21,522 nt of DNA, taken from contig JBOEGF010000064.1 in the NCBI GenBank assembly GCA_050633305.1, positions 1 to 21,522 of the forward strand. Direction: 5' to 3'. The stretch comes from Nannocystales bacterium (GTDB taxonomy: Bacteria; Myxococcota_A; Polyangia; Nannocystales; Nannocystaceae). How positions within the stretch are numbered: the stretch's first letter is position 1; each line of letters begins with the position of its first letter. A program made the translations under genes and the position numbers. The notes under the pieces were generated by a model. That model ran no database searches and was not told the origin of the DNA. It was given only the letters and a program-made list of their open reading frames with translations. Below are positions 7,746 through 16,089 of this stretch, piece after piece.

Positions 7746-7859
7746 GAATCCAGCGAGACCCGCCGGCATCGCGACCGACGGGGGGAGCTGGTTGCGGCCG
7801 ACCGCTCGTGTCACGGGAGTGGACGAGCGGGGGCCGTTGGGTTCGACGTACCGGGCGGA

Positions 7860-8438
7860 TTAGCCGCCCAGCTGAATCACGCAGAATGCGTACTGCGAGT
7901 ACTCAGCCTTGCCGGCCGTGTACATCACCTTGACCAAGGTCGAGAACTTGAGGTTCACGTCGCCCACTAGGATGACCGTGCCCTCCCACTCCTCGCCTTT
8001 TTGGCCCGAGGTTTGTTTCGAGCGCTCCGCTTCCTCCGACATGAGGTCGAAAAGCGGACCGATCAGCTGACCGGTGACCTGCGTCGGGTCGACGTCACCG
8101 TTCTCGTCGAGCTGCACGACTCGCTGCGATCCAAACGTGATCGAACGTTGCGAGACGTACACCGGAACACCGTCCTGGATGGGCGCATCCGCCCGCGACA
8201 TCGGAACTTTTTGTCCCGCGGTCGGGGTGATGACGACCGGGTCGGTGCCGTAGCTCTTGAGCAGGTACACGACGATGATGGACACGACGTCCATCAGCGA
8301 GGTGATGTTGAGGTTGCCCTCTTCGATGTCGTTGTTGCGACGGGCGGCCTTCTTGGCTTTCTTCTTGGCGAGGAAAGCCTGCTGAGCCGCTTGTTGAGCC
8401 GCCAGCTGTGCCGCCTGATTTGCATGGTGGTCACTCAT
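7860..8438 (-). CDS. ExbD/TolR-family motor subunit (AglQ/AglS-like), conserved TM Asp retained (192 aa)
   Basis: LNITSLMDVVSIIVVYLLKSY TM segment and C-terminal VILVGDVNLKFSTLVKVMYTAGKAEY. ATG 8438 overlaps the upstream TGA (TGATG). Confidence 0.88.
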   Translation of the reverse strand: MSDHHANQAAQLAAQQAAQQAFLAKKKAKKAARRNNDIEEGNLNITSLMDVVSIIVVYLLKSYGTDPVVITPTAGQKVPMSRADAPIQDGVPVYVSQRSITFGSQRVVQLDENGDVDPTQVTGQLIGPLFDLMSEEAERSKQTSGQKGEEWEGTVILVGDVNLKFSTLVKVMYTAGKAEYSQYAFCVIQLGG

Positions 8439-9022
8439 CAGCCTGCACCTGCCTCTACGATGGGCGACCAAAACAGGCACTCCGCAGGAACTTCTTCACC
8501 CGCTGACACTGCATTCAAGAGAGTGCAGTCGCGGCCTCGAAGCGCATCCATCGTCTTGATGATGGCTTGCAGCGGGATGTCGTTCTCGGCGCTGATGGTC
8601 ACGACCGTTTCGTGTTGAAACAGCTTCTTGTACTCGATGGCCTTCGTCTCAAGGGCATCGTAGTTGTACCGATCGAAGTCGCTCAGATCCGATCCCGGCT
8701 TCGCCAGGGGGATCGTGGGCTTGCTCGAGTCGGCCGCCTTGCCGCCATCGGCGCCCGCCTGTTGGCCGGACGCGCTGACCCGGTACCCGTCACTCATGAC
8801 GAACACCTTCAGGTTCAGCGGTTTTTCTTCCTTCTTCTTTTCCTCTTCCTTCTGATCGGACTGAGCAGCGAACTTCGGCGGCGACACATTAATCGCCGCA
8901 AAGCGAGCCACCTCCATCGCGAGCAGAAGGGCCGGGATGAGAAGGAACATGACGTTCATGACCGGGATGAGGTTTGCTTCAACCTCTCCCTCATCAACGC
9001 TCTTTTTCTTACGTCTCGCCAT
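8438..9022 (-). CDS. ExbD/TolR-family motor subunit (AglQ/AglS-like) with Asn at the conserved TM Asp position (194 aa)
   Basis: EANLIPVMNVMFLLIPALL TM segment and VTISAENDIPLQAIIKTMDALR. SD-like AAGGAG upstream. Confidence 0.88.
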   Translation of the reverse strand: MARRKKKSVDEGEVEANLIPVMNVMFLLIPALLLAMEVARFAAINVSPPKFAAQSDQKEEEKKKEEKPLNLKVFVMSDGYRVSASGQQAGADGGKAADSSKPTIPLAKPGSDLSDFDRYNYDALETKAIEYKKLFQHETVVTISAENDIPLQAIIKTMDALRGRDCTLLNAVSAGEEVPAECLFWSPIVEAGAG

Positions 9023-9128
9023 GCGTCTCTCCTTCCTCCGTGGTGTGGGCAGACCCTGGGTTCACGGGATGCTTCCCTCGACGACCGTCTGGCTGCCGAG
9101 GATGAACATGTTCCGAACTCCCCAGAGA

Positions 9129-9761
9129 TCAGCCCTGACGCACTCGTGCGGCCAGGAGGTTCTCGAGCTTGACCGCGTAGAGATCCACTTCGTCGGAGAT
9201 CTTCTTGGCCAGGTTCGAGATGAAGATGTGGGAAGCAAGAAGCGGGATCGACACCATGAGACCGAAGCCGGTGGTGTTAATCGCGATCGAGATACCTTTT
9301 GCCAGAGCAGTTGCGCGCTGGTCAGCGGAGACGGTCGCAACCGCCTTGAACGCCTCGATCATCCCGAAGATGGTTCCGAGGAGACCCAGCAGAGTCGCGA
9401 TGTTCGCGAGCGCCGAGATCATCGGCACGCGCTTGGTGATGGCGGGGCCAACCTCAAGCATCGACTCTTCGATGGCAGCAGCGATGTCCGCCTCCGACTT
9501 GTTGGCGCGGGTCAGGCCAGCTTTGATCACGCGAGCCAGCGCAGCCTTGTCGGCGGCATTGCACAGCTTGATAGCGCGGTCGATGTTGTTGGCCATCACC
9601 AGCTTCTGGATCTGGTTGAAGAACTGTCCTCCGTTAATGTTGAAACGGAAAAACAGGAAGATGAAGCGCTCGATCATCACGCCTGCGCCCAAAATGGCAG
9701 TAAGGGCGATGGCGTGCATGAAAGCGCCGCCCTGCTGGTAGAACTCAGCAAAATTGTCCAT
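9129..9761 (-). CDS. MotA/TolQ/ExbB proton-channel protein (AglR-like, 210 aa)
   Basis: QGGAFMHAI...IERF, IQKLVMANNIDRAIKLC, LARVIKAGL, ANIATLLGLLGTIFGMIEAF, LAKGISIAINTTGFGLMVSIP. Three TM segments. Confidence 0.93.
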   Translation of the reverse strand: MDNFAEFYQQGGAFMHAIALTAILGAGVMIERFIFLFFRFNINGGQFFNQIQKLVMANNIDRAIKLCNAADKAALARVIKAGLTRANKSEADIAAAIEESMLEVGPAITKRVPMISALANIATLLGLLGTIFGMIEAFKAVATVSADQRATALAKGISIAINTTGFGLMVSIPLLASHIFISNLAKKISDEVDLYAVKLENLLAARVRQG

Positions 9762-9771
9762 GACTCGTTGT

Positions 9772-9778
9772 CCTCCTC
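9772..9778 (-). promoter_or_regulatory. Strong Shine-Dalgarno of the aglR-like gene
   Basis: GAGGAGG, 10 nt before ATG 9761. Confidence 0.75.
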
Positions 9779-9781
9779 ATC

Positions 9782-9920
9782 GTCGGCGGGACAGCAAGGC
9801 CCCGCATTGGTCCGCGGGACAGCAAGGTCCCGCATTGGTCGGCGGGACAGCAAGGCCCCGCATGGGTCGGCGGGACAGCAAGGCCCCGCTGTGGTCGACG
9901 GGACGGCAGGTCCCGCGGTG
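9782..9920 (-). repeat. Five tandem 28-bp palindromic (hairpin) repeats, no spacers
   Basis: + strand consensus GTCGGCGGGACAGCAAGGCCCCGCATTG at 9782, 9810, 9838, 9866 and 9894 (last unit 27 bp). Each unit contains GCGGGAC-N5/6-G(C/T)CCCGC, with first base A in the last unit. Confidence 0.92.
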
Positions 9921-10136
9921 ATACCGGTGGCACGTCGATACCCGGCTTGTTTCGTGTCTGTCTCGTAGGGGGGTGAAAAAAGATGCTCTGCATCGTGCCC
10001 TAACCCAGGGTGATTTGGCGAGCGAGAATGCGCGCGCGTTCCGCTCGTCCCCCGCGGTCATGACGCCCGCCGCCGAGTGCCGGCGACGGTGAATGCGGAG
10101 TGTAGAGAGATGGAGGTCCATCCCACCCGGGCGGGA

Positions 10137-10763
10137 TTAGAACAAAGGATCCTGTACGGACTCAAGCACCAAAGGTAAGAATTTCGCGTCGAGCCGCGCC
10201 CAATCGTACGCGGACTGCGAGCGACGTAAGATGAAGAATGCGTTTGGCTTCTCGAGTCGACCTTCGACCAAGAAGTCCTCGTCCAACGAGATCTTGCGAT
10301 CCGAGGCATCTGGGGCACGATCAGCGCCTTCGCCAGACGCGCGGGAGCCCCCGCGCTTCTTGCCGCGTTTCTTCTTGCTTTTGCCGCGCTTCGGCGGGTC
10401 AGCATCGGAGCCGGCGGGCGCGATGGTGCGCATCGCGACACGTTCCCCCTCGAGCGGCGCGCGCTGACGAGACGACGATGCTCGCAACGCACGTCGAGCG
10501 GCGGTGTCGAGAGGACCAGCACCGGTCTTCGTCGCTCGCGGTTTCGGCTTCGAGCCGGGAGCCTGCCGAGCCTGCCGACGAGCATCGTCGGCCGGTGGTT
10601 TCTTCGCTCGAGGCTCGGTCTTCGAAGCTTCGGGCGTGGACGCCGACGTCCCCTCAGCAGGCGCAGCGTTCACGGGGACGGCGACGAAACATGCCAAGAG
10701 GCCGAGCGCTCCGAACGAAGTCAGGACTGCGTTCCGCGATGTGATTCGGTTCGTGGTGCTCAT
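10137..10763 (-). CDS. GltF/CglF-like secreted protein with a long basic disordered region (208 aa)
   Basis: Signal peptide (...GALGLLACFVAVPVNA). C-terminal LDEDFLVEGRLEKPNAFFILRRSQ...FLPLVLESVQDPLF resembles the GltF family motif. Follows the gltE-like gene with an ATGA overlap. Confidence 0.75.
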   Translation of the reverse strand: MSTTNRITSRNAVLTSFGALGLLACFVAVPVNAAPAEGTSASTPEASKTEPRAKKPPADDARRQARQAPGSKPKPRATKTGAGPLDTAARRALRASSSRQRAPLEGERVAMRTIAPAGSDADPPKRGKSKKKRGKKRGGSRASGEGADRAPDASDRKISLDEDFLVEGRLEKPNAFFILRRSQSAYDWARLDAKFLPLVLESVQDPLF

Positions 10764-12604
10764 GTCCAACCTCGGGCGTCATTCCGCCGAGCCGTCGCCG
10801 GCAGGTTCGCGTCCTTCTTCAGATGGCTTGGAGACGTGACCCGTGCGTGACGTCTCCCGCCAAGATTAGTGTCGTCACGACGCAGCGGGTTCCCCGCCCT
10901 CGCACTTTTATTCCCAGGCTTTTGCACCCCCGGTTTCTGGGGTGCCGTCGGAGCGGGCTTCGACGGGGTGGGTTGGCCCGGTTTCGTCGCGGGCGCAGTG
11001 GGTTTTGCCGGTTTTGCTGGCGCGCTCGGGTTGCTCGCGGGCGGCTTCGAGCCTCCCGGCTTCGTCGGGGCCTTGGGAGATCCTCCCGGCTTCGCCGGAG
11101 CCTGTGGCGAACCGCCAGGCTTTGCGGGGGCCTGCGGAGATCCTCCTGGCTTGGCCGGCGCCTGCGTGGAACCACCGGGCTTCGCGGGTGCCTGCGGTGC
11201 TCCCGGTTTCGCGGGGGCCTGCGCAGACCCTCCCGGTTTCGCGGGGGCCTGCGCGGAACCTCCAGGCTTGGCGGGCGCCTGCGCTGATCCGCCTGGCTTC
11301 GCGGGCGCCTGAGTAGAACCGCCCGGCTTGCTCGGCGTCGATGGAGCTCCCGGTTTGGTGGGGGCGGCAGGAGATCCGCCCGGTTTCGCGGGGGTCGCCG
11401 GCGCCCCACCTGGCTTCGCTGGAGCCGCTGCATCACCGCCGGTGGCGGGCTGGGCCGCTCCATCCGTAGGTGCAGCATCCGCCCCGCCGGGAGCTTGCGG
11501 TGTCCCGGCCTCGGCAGCGGCTTTCGCAGCCCGTTCGGCCTTGCGTTTGGATGTCCGCTCCTCCCGCTCGATCCCTTTCTTTGCCAAGCGAATGTAGTCG
11601 TCGGCCCGCTCTACCGAGACAGGCGCGATGCGCTTCTTGGATCCCAGGCCTCGGGCGAGCGGCTCCGTCGTCGCGCGTCCGCCCGCGAGCTGTTTGTAGC
11701 GCTCCAGACTCGAGATCGCGGTCTGCAACCGTTTCGTCGTCGTCATGTCGCCCATGGTCTGGGCGTCGAGGTAGAGCACCCCGAGGTTGAAGTGCGCCTC
11801 GGGGTAGTTCCGCTGCAGCTCCAGCGCCTTGCGGATCTCCTTCTCAGCCTCGGGCAGCTTGCCCTGCGCTCGCAAGGCCGCTCCGTAGTTGAGGTGCGCC
11901 TTCGCGAAGCCCGGCTTGAGTTCGAGCGCGTACTCGAAACACGACGCCGCAGTGTTCACGTCTCCGGCCCGGAGGTAGCGGGTGCCCAGGTTGTTCCAAG
12001 CCGCGGCGTTCTTGTCGTCGGCCTCCGCCGCCTTTTTGAACGCCTGGGTCGCCATCTGGTCCTTACCCAACGACGCGAGCGCAAACCCTTGAAGGTTGTA
12101 GACCGCCGAGGTGTCCTTCGGCGTCCGGACCTTTTCGTCGACCGCGAGCGCAGTGGTGGTCACCGAGACAACCAGCTCGTGCTTGCCCTCTCGATAGAAC
12201 ACCTCAGCGAGAATCATCATCGCGTCGACGTTCTGCTCGTGGATCTTCAACGCGGCGCGAGCGTTGGTCACCGCCTCGGAGAACTTTTTCTGGTCGAGCA
12301 TCTTCCGCGCCTGCGCACTGCGCTGCCGCGAAGCCGCCATCTTGCGCTTCTCTTCCTCGGGGTCACGGTCTTGAACCTTGGGCAGGTCCTGCTCGGCCGG
12401 CTTGGCAGCGGCGCCATCCTTCGCGGAGGGCGACTTCGCCGACGCGTCGTCCGGCTCCATGTCTTCGAGGGCGGAGACGCGATCGGCTCCGGGGTCCTTC
12501 GTGGCCGCGCCATCCTTGTCGCAAGCTCCAGCCAGACATAGACCGGCACCCAGGCCAAGACCCAGAAAACCGCGCAGCAGTCGTCGGTTGTGCGGCTCGT
12601 TCAT
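10760..12604 (-). CDS. GltE/AglT-like TPR lipoprotein with a Pro/Lys/Gly repeat tail (614 aa)
   Basis: Lipobox LAGA|C. TPRs AAAWNNLGTRYL, AKAHLNYGAALR, PEAHFNLGVLYLD. ATGA overlaps at both ends. Confidence 0.85.
   Translation of the reverse strand: MNEPHNRRLLRGFLGLGLGAGLCLAGACDKDGAATKDPGADRVSALEDMEPDDASAKSPSAKDGAAAKPAEQDLPKVQDRDPEEEKRKMAASRQRSAQARKMLDQKKFSEAVTNARAALKIHEQNVDAMMILAEVFYREGKHELVVSVTTTALAVDEKVRTPKDTSAVYNLQGFALASLGKDQMATQAFKKAAEADDKNAAAWNNLGTRYLRAGDVNTAASCFEYALELKPGFAKAHLNYGAALRAQGKLPEAEKEIRKALELQRNYPEAHFNLGVLYLDAQTMGDMTTTKRLQTAISSLERYKQLAGGRATTEPLARGLGSKKRIAPVSVERADDYIRLAKKGIEREERTSKRKAERAAKAAAEAGTPQAPGGADAAPTDGAAQPATGGDAAAPAKPGGAPATPAKPGGSPAAPTKPGAPSTPSKPGGSTQAPAKPGGSAQAPAKPGGSAQAPAKPGGSAQAPAKPGAPQAPAKPGGSTQAPAKPGGSPQAPAKPGGSPQAPAKPGGSPKAPTKPGGSKPPASNPSAPAKPAKPTAPATKPGQPTPSKPAPTAPQKPGVQKPGNKSARAGNPLRRDDTNLGGRRHARVTSPSHLKKDANLPATARRNDARGWT
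11045..11422 (-). repeat. Coding tandem repeat, 13 units of ~PAKPGGSxQA (27-30 nt)
   Basis: Visible in both the translation and the DNA; units differ at synonymous sites. Confidence 0.9.
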
Positions 12605-15600
12605 CGCAAGTCCTCCACCTGCAGGTCGAGTGCAGGCTGCCGCAGCAACGGATACTCGTCGGGTTTGTAGATGTTCAGGCGCTCTCGAGCAGCGCGAGTG
12701 AACTCGTTCTCCACACTGTACGCCTTGGAGAGCTTGATCGTCGCCTCATACTCGGAGAGTGCGATCGCTTCGAACCGGTCCGCCGCCGCGCCCACGATGT
12801 CTTTGTAGGCAAACCAAGATTCGCTGTACTCCTTGAGCTGTTTGGGCACCGGAGCGTCGCGGAGGTTGATCGCGGTCTGCTCGAGCGCCTTGCCCTTGGA
12901 GAACGTGGCGCCCAACGCCCAGTCGACGCGCTTGTAGTCGACGACTTTGTCGAACTCACTGCTCGCGGCCACCACCGACTCGAGCAGCTGCTTGGATTCC
13001 TTCTCCAGCTTCTTGCGCTTGGTGCTCTTGATCTTGGATGCCGAGACCTTCTCGAGTTCGGCAGATGCCAACAGGAACTGCGCCTCGCTGGGGAAGTCAG
13101 CCGCCTCGGAGGCAGGTTTGAGCTGACGTGTCTCGAACTCGACGACGGTCTGACGGTAGTACTCGTCGGCTTTCTTCTGGTTGCCCAGCTGCTCGTGGGC
13201 CTGTCCGATTCGCAGCTGCGCCTCCACCACCCGCTCGCTCTGCCCCGCGTCCGCGGTGTGCTGGTTGAGGAAGGACTGGTACGCGGAGATGGTCTTCTTG
13301 TGGTTCTCGGTCTTGCCGAGCACCTGCGCAGCCTTGAACCGGGCCTCGGCAGCTTCCGCAGGGTCGGCGGTCTGCTCCGCGTAGCGTTGGTACATCTGCG
13401 AGCTGCGCTCGTACTCCTGCAACGCGTCGAGCACCTCGGCGGCGTTCTGCAGACTCTCGTCGCGGAACTCGCTGTCCTGGTAGCGCTCGTCCTCGGCGAG
13501 GATCGTGTACGACTTGACCGCTTCTTCGTACTCAAAGAACCGCGAGTGGTTGAAGCCGGTTCGCAGCAACGCATCGTCGGCGAACTCCGAGTCCGGGTAG
13601 CCGCTGTAGATGCGCTTGTAGGTTTGGCTCGCAGAGGAGAACCGCCCAATGTTCTCGTAGGCCACGGCGGCGTTGTTGAGAGCTCGGTCCGCGTTGGGGT
13701 CCTTGGGCGCCTGGTCGACCAACGCCACGTATCGGTCGGCAGCAGCCTCGAACTCCCCCGCGTCGTAGAGAATCGTCGCTTCTTTGAAACGAACGGCGTT
13801 GCCCAGCGCGGTGAGTTGGCCTGCGAACTTTTCCTTCTCGGCCCCTTCCCCGCAGCCCTTCGCCCCGAGTTTTTCGGTCCACTGCTGCGCGCCCTCGAGG
13901 TCCTCGAGCACGACGCGTGCATCGAGAATCGCTTGGCCGGCGTTGATGGCGATGTTCTGGCTGCAGTAGTCGTCGATGACCCGCTCGAACCGCCCCTGCG
14001 CTTCGTCGAACCGGAGGTAGCGCTGGGAGATCTCTGCAGCTTGGTAGGCCATCGTGCCGGCCTGCTCGGAGTCGGGGCGCAACGCCACGAAACGGTCGTA
14101 GGACTCCTGCAGCGAGCGCTCCACTTCGGGCACTTCCATTGGCGTGTCGAAGGGCCCTTCCATGCCGTCCTTGGGCATGTCGGGCCGCGCGTACCCGCCC
14201 GCGGTGATCTGGTCCTCCAAGTAGGACTCGTACGCCAGGACCGCTCCGATTGCGGCATCCTCCTGAAGGCGGTTGTCGATGTTCGAGTCACGGACCTGGC
14301 CGTACTGCTCGGCGGCGTTCAGGTACTCGTCGCTGTAGTACAGCGCATCGGCAAAGTTGTAGCGGTACTCGTACGACGACTCGGTGTCGGGGAACCGCTC
14401 CAGATACGCCTCGTACGCCCGCGCAGCGATCGCGTACTCGGCCTTCGCCTCCTCGTTCTTCCCCTCGCCGCGCAGCTCCTGGGCGTAGACGTGGTGATCG
14501 ACCGCCGTCGCCACAAGCGCGCCCTCGGCAAGCTTGAGCGCGGCTTCGATCGTGTCGGGATCATCCTCGTTGGCGTAGAACCACTTGGTGCCGCGGAGGT
14601 AGTTGGTGGCCAGCGCGTCCCGAGCCCTCGTCGCGCCGTCCTTCTGCTGGAGCATCTCGTGCGCCTTGAGGATGCGGTCTTGAATCGACGGTGCCGCCGC
14701 GGCCATGGGCCATCGGTCCAGGGTGCTCTGCCAGATGCCAATCGCGGTCTTGAAGTCGGTCTGATAGGCCAGCAGATCGCCCAGCGCAGCGTAGAGCTCG
14801 GGCACATGCCGCTCGTTGCCCCGCTCGCTGTAGTCGCGATCGAGGCGGCGGTATCCACGGGGGCGGTCGGGATTGCCGTCGTTGTCCCAGTCTTCCTCGA
14901 CGTAGGTCTTGGCGAGGTACTTGACCGCGTCGTCTCGAAGCGCGAGCGCGCCGGAGATTTCCTCGCTGTCGCGCCGTGCGTCCGCATAGCGGATGAACTC
15001 GTCGAACTTCTGTGCCGCCTGCGGGAACTCCCGCATGAGGTACAGAGTCCACGCCATGCGGATGAGCGCCTCGTCGTAGAGGTCGTCTTCGGGTGTGCCC
15101 GCGGCCTTGGCGTAGGCCTCCAGCGCCGGACCAAACTGGTCTGCGTCGTAGTGCGTCTCACCGATGCGCAGCCACGCCTCGGCCTCGAACTCGCTGTCCT
15201 TCTTCCACGCGTTGCAGTCCCCGTAGATGCCCTCGGGGAAGCGCTTCTCGGCCAGGTTCGAACCGTCCGCTTTGGGAGGGTCGAACTTGTTCGCGCACGC
15301 CAGCGCCAGGTAGCTCTGGCGAGACTGCTCGGGCTGCTCCATCTCGTAGAGCAGCGTGCCCATCATGTACAGCGCGCCATCGCCCAGGTGGAAGCGGGGG
15401 AAACGGCCCACGATGCCGCGGTACAGATCGACGGAGTCCGCGTAGTCGGCCTTGGGGCTCGGCGGCGGCTCGGCGTCGGGGTTCTTCTCCATCGCCTTCT
15501 GGTAGGCCTCGACCTCCTTCGCGAACGCATCCTCCTGCCGAGCAAGGCGTTCGGTGCTGGCCTCGAAGTGCAGCTCGGCCAGCCGATACATGATCTCCGG

Positions 15601-16089
15601 CGTCCAGGTCGCGTCGTCGGGGTGAACCTTGAGGAAGTCGCCGTAGCGCCGGATCGCCTGAGCCCGCATCTTTCGGGCCTTGGCCTGGTGGTCCCGGATC
15701 TGGCGATCGTAGTGGTTCTCGAGCGCCCGTCGGCCTTGGGCACCACCGATCTTCAGCTGCGAGGCGACGGTGTGCGCCGCGGCCTCCTGCGCCGCCTTGT
15801 AGCGCCCGAGGAGTTCCTCCATCGTGTCGAGCCCTTCGGACTCCGACGCGTCTTTGGGGCGCAGCGGAAGCGGAGCTTGGAGACGGCCCGCGTCGGTGGG
15901 TCGGATCTGCCGATCCAGCGGAACGCCCGAGCCCGGCTCCCCCGCGATTCGACGTTTGCGCTCCTTCTCGCGCTCTTCGTCGTTCCCGAGCTTGTTCATG
16001 TCGCCTGGCAGCATCCGGGCGGACACCGCCGTGGGCGCGAGCAGGCTCAGCCCCACGGCGAACGCGACGCTGGTGTGGAGGCGTTTCAT
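12601..16089 (-). CDS. GltD/AgmU-like large periplasmic TPR protein (1162 aa)
   Basis: Signal peptide. TPR/BamD-like repeats throughout (PEIMYRLAELHFE, AEAWLRIGETHYD, DRALNNAAVAYE, DDALLRTG). C-terminal AARERLNIYKPDEYP. Size and position fit gltD. Confidence 0.82.
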   Translation of the reverse strand: MKRLHTSVAFAVGLSLLAPTAVSARMLPGDMNKLGNDEEREKERKRRIAGEPGSGVPLDRQIRPTDAGRLQAPLPLRPKDASESEGLDTMEELLGRYKAAQEAAAHTVASQLKIGGAQGRRALENHYDRQIRDHQAKARKMRAQAIRRYGDFLKVHPDDATWTPEIMYRLAELHFEASTERLARQEDAFAKEVEAYQKAMEKNPDAEPPPSPKADYADSVDLYRGIVGRFPRFHLGDGALYMMGTLLYEMEQPEQSRQSYLALACANKFDPPKADGSNLAEKRFPEGIYGDCNAWKKDSEFEAEAWLRIGETHYDADQFGPALEAYAKAAGTPEDDLYDEALIRMAWTLYLMREFPQAAQKFDEFIRYADARRDSEEISGALALRDDAVKYLAKTYVEEDWDNDGNPDRPRGYRRLDRDYSERGNERHVPELYAALGDLLAYQTDFKTAIGIWQSTLDRWPMAAAAPSIQDRILKAHEMLQQKDGATRARDALATNYLRGTKWFYANEDDPDTIEAALKLAEGALVATAVDHHVYAQELRGEGKNEEAKAEYAIAARAYEAYLERFPDTESSYEYRYNFADALYYSDEYLNAAEQYGQVRDSNIDNRLQEDAAIGAVLAYESYLEDQITAGGYARPDMPKDGMEGPFDTPMEVPEVERSLQESYDRFVALRPDSEQAGTMAYQAAEISQRYLRFDEAQGRFERVIDDYCSQNIAINAGQAILDARVVLEDLEGAQQWTEKLGAKGCGEGAEKEKFAGQLTALGNAVRFKEATILYDAGEFEAAADRYVALVDQAPKDPNADRALNNAAVAYENIGRFSSASQTYKRIYSGYPDSEFADDALLRTGFNHSRFFEYEEAVKSYTILAEDERYQDSEFRDESLQNAAEVLDALQEYERSSQMYQRYAEQTADPAEAAEARFKAAQVLGKTENHKKTISAYQSFLNQHTADAGQSERVVEAQLRIGQAHEQLGNQKKADEYYRQTVVEFETRQLKPASEAADFPSEAQFLLASAELEKVSASKIKSTKRKKLEKESKQLLESVVAASSEFDKVVDYKRVDWALGATFSKGKALEQTAINLRDAPVPKQLKEYSESWFAYKDIVGAAADRFEAIALSEYEATIKLSKAYSVENEFTRAARERLNIYKPDEYPLLRQPALDLQVEDLR

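Noticed and set aside
7720..7800. c-di-GMP-I riboswitch suggested by GGCAAA
   Set aside because: Lacks the GAAA tetraloop stem and GACGCAAAG elements, and is on the non-coding strand.
7287..7814. 175-aa minus-strand ORF in the spacer upstream of the gltG-like gene
   Set aside because: Runs through terminator hairpins, a T8 tract and a 10-bp repeat; no motif, SD or typical codon pattern.
9129..9761. Horizontal acquisition of the motor gene suggested by locally lower GC
   Set aside because: Largely explained by its Ile/Phe/Asn/Lys-rich membrane-protein composition; no mobility genes or target-site duplications seen.
9782..9920. CRISPR array
   Set aside because: Repeat length and palindromy are CRISPR-like, but units abut with no unique spacers and no cas genes are present.
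9975..9992. Sigma-54 promoter (GGGCACGATGCAGAGC, minus strand) upstream of the aglR-like gene
   Set aside because: The GG to GC spacing is one base too long and the TTGC element is missing.
12570..12604. Tat signal (NRRLL) on the GltE-like lipoprotein
   Set aside because: Only a partial match to S/T-R-R-x-F-L-K, and Arg pairs are common in high-GC signal peptides.
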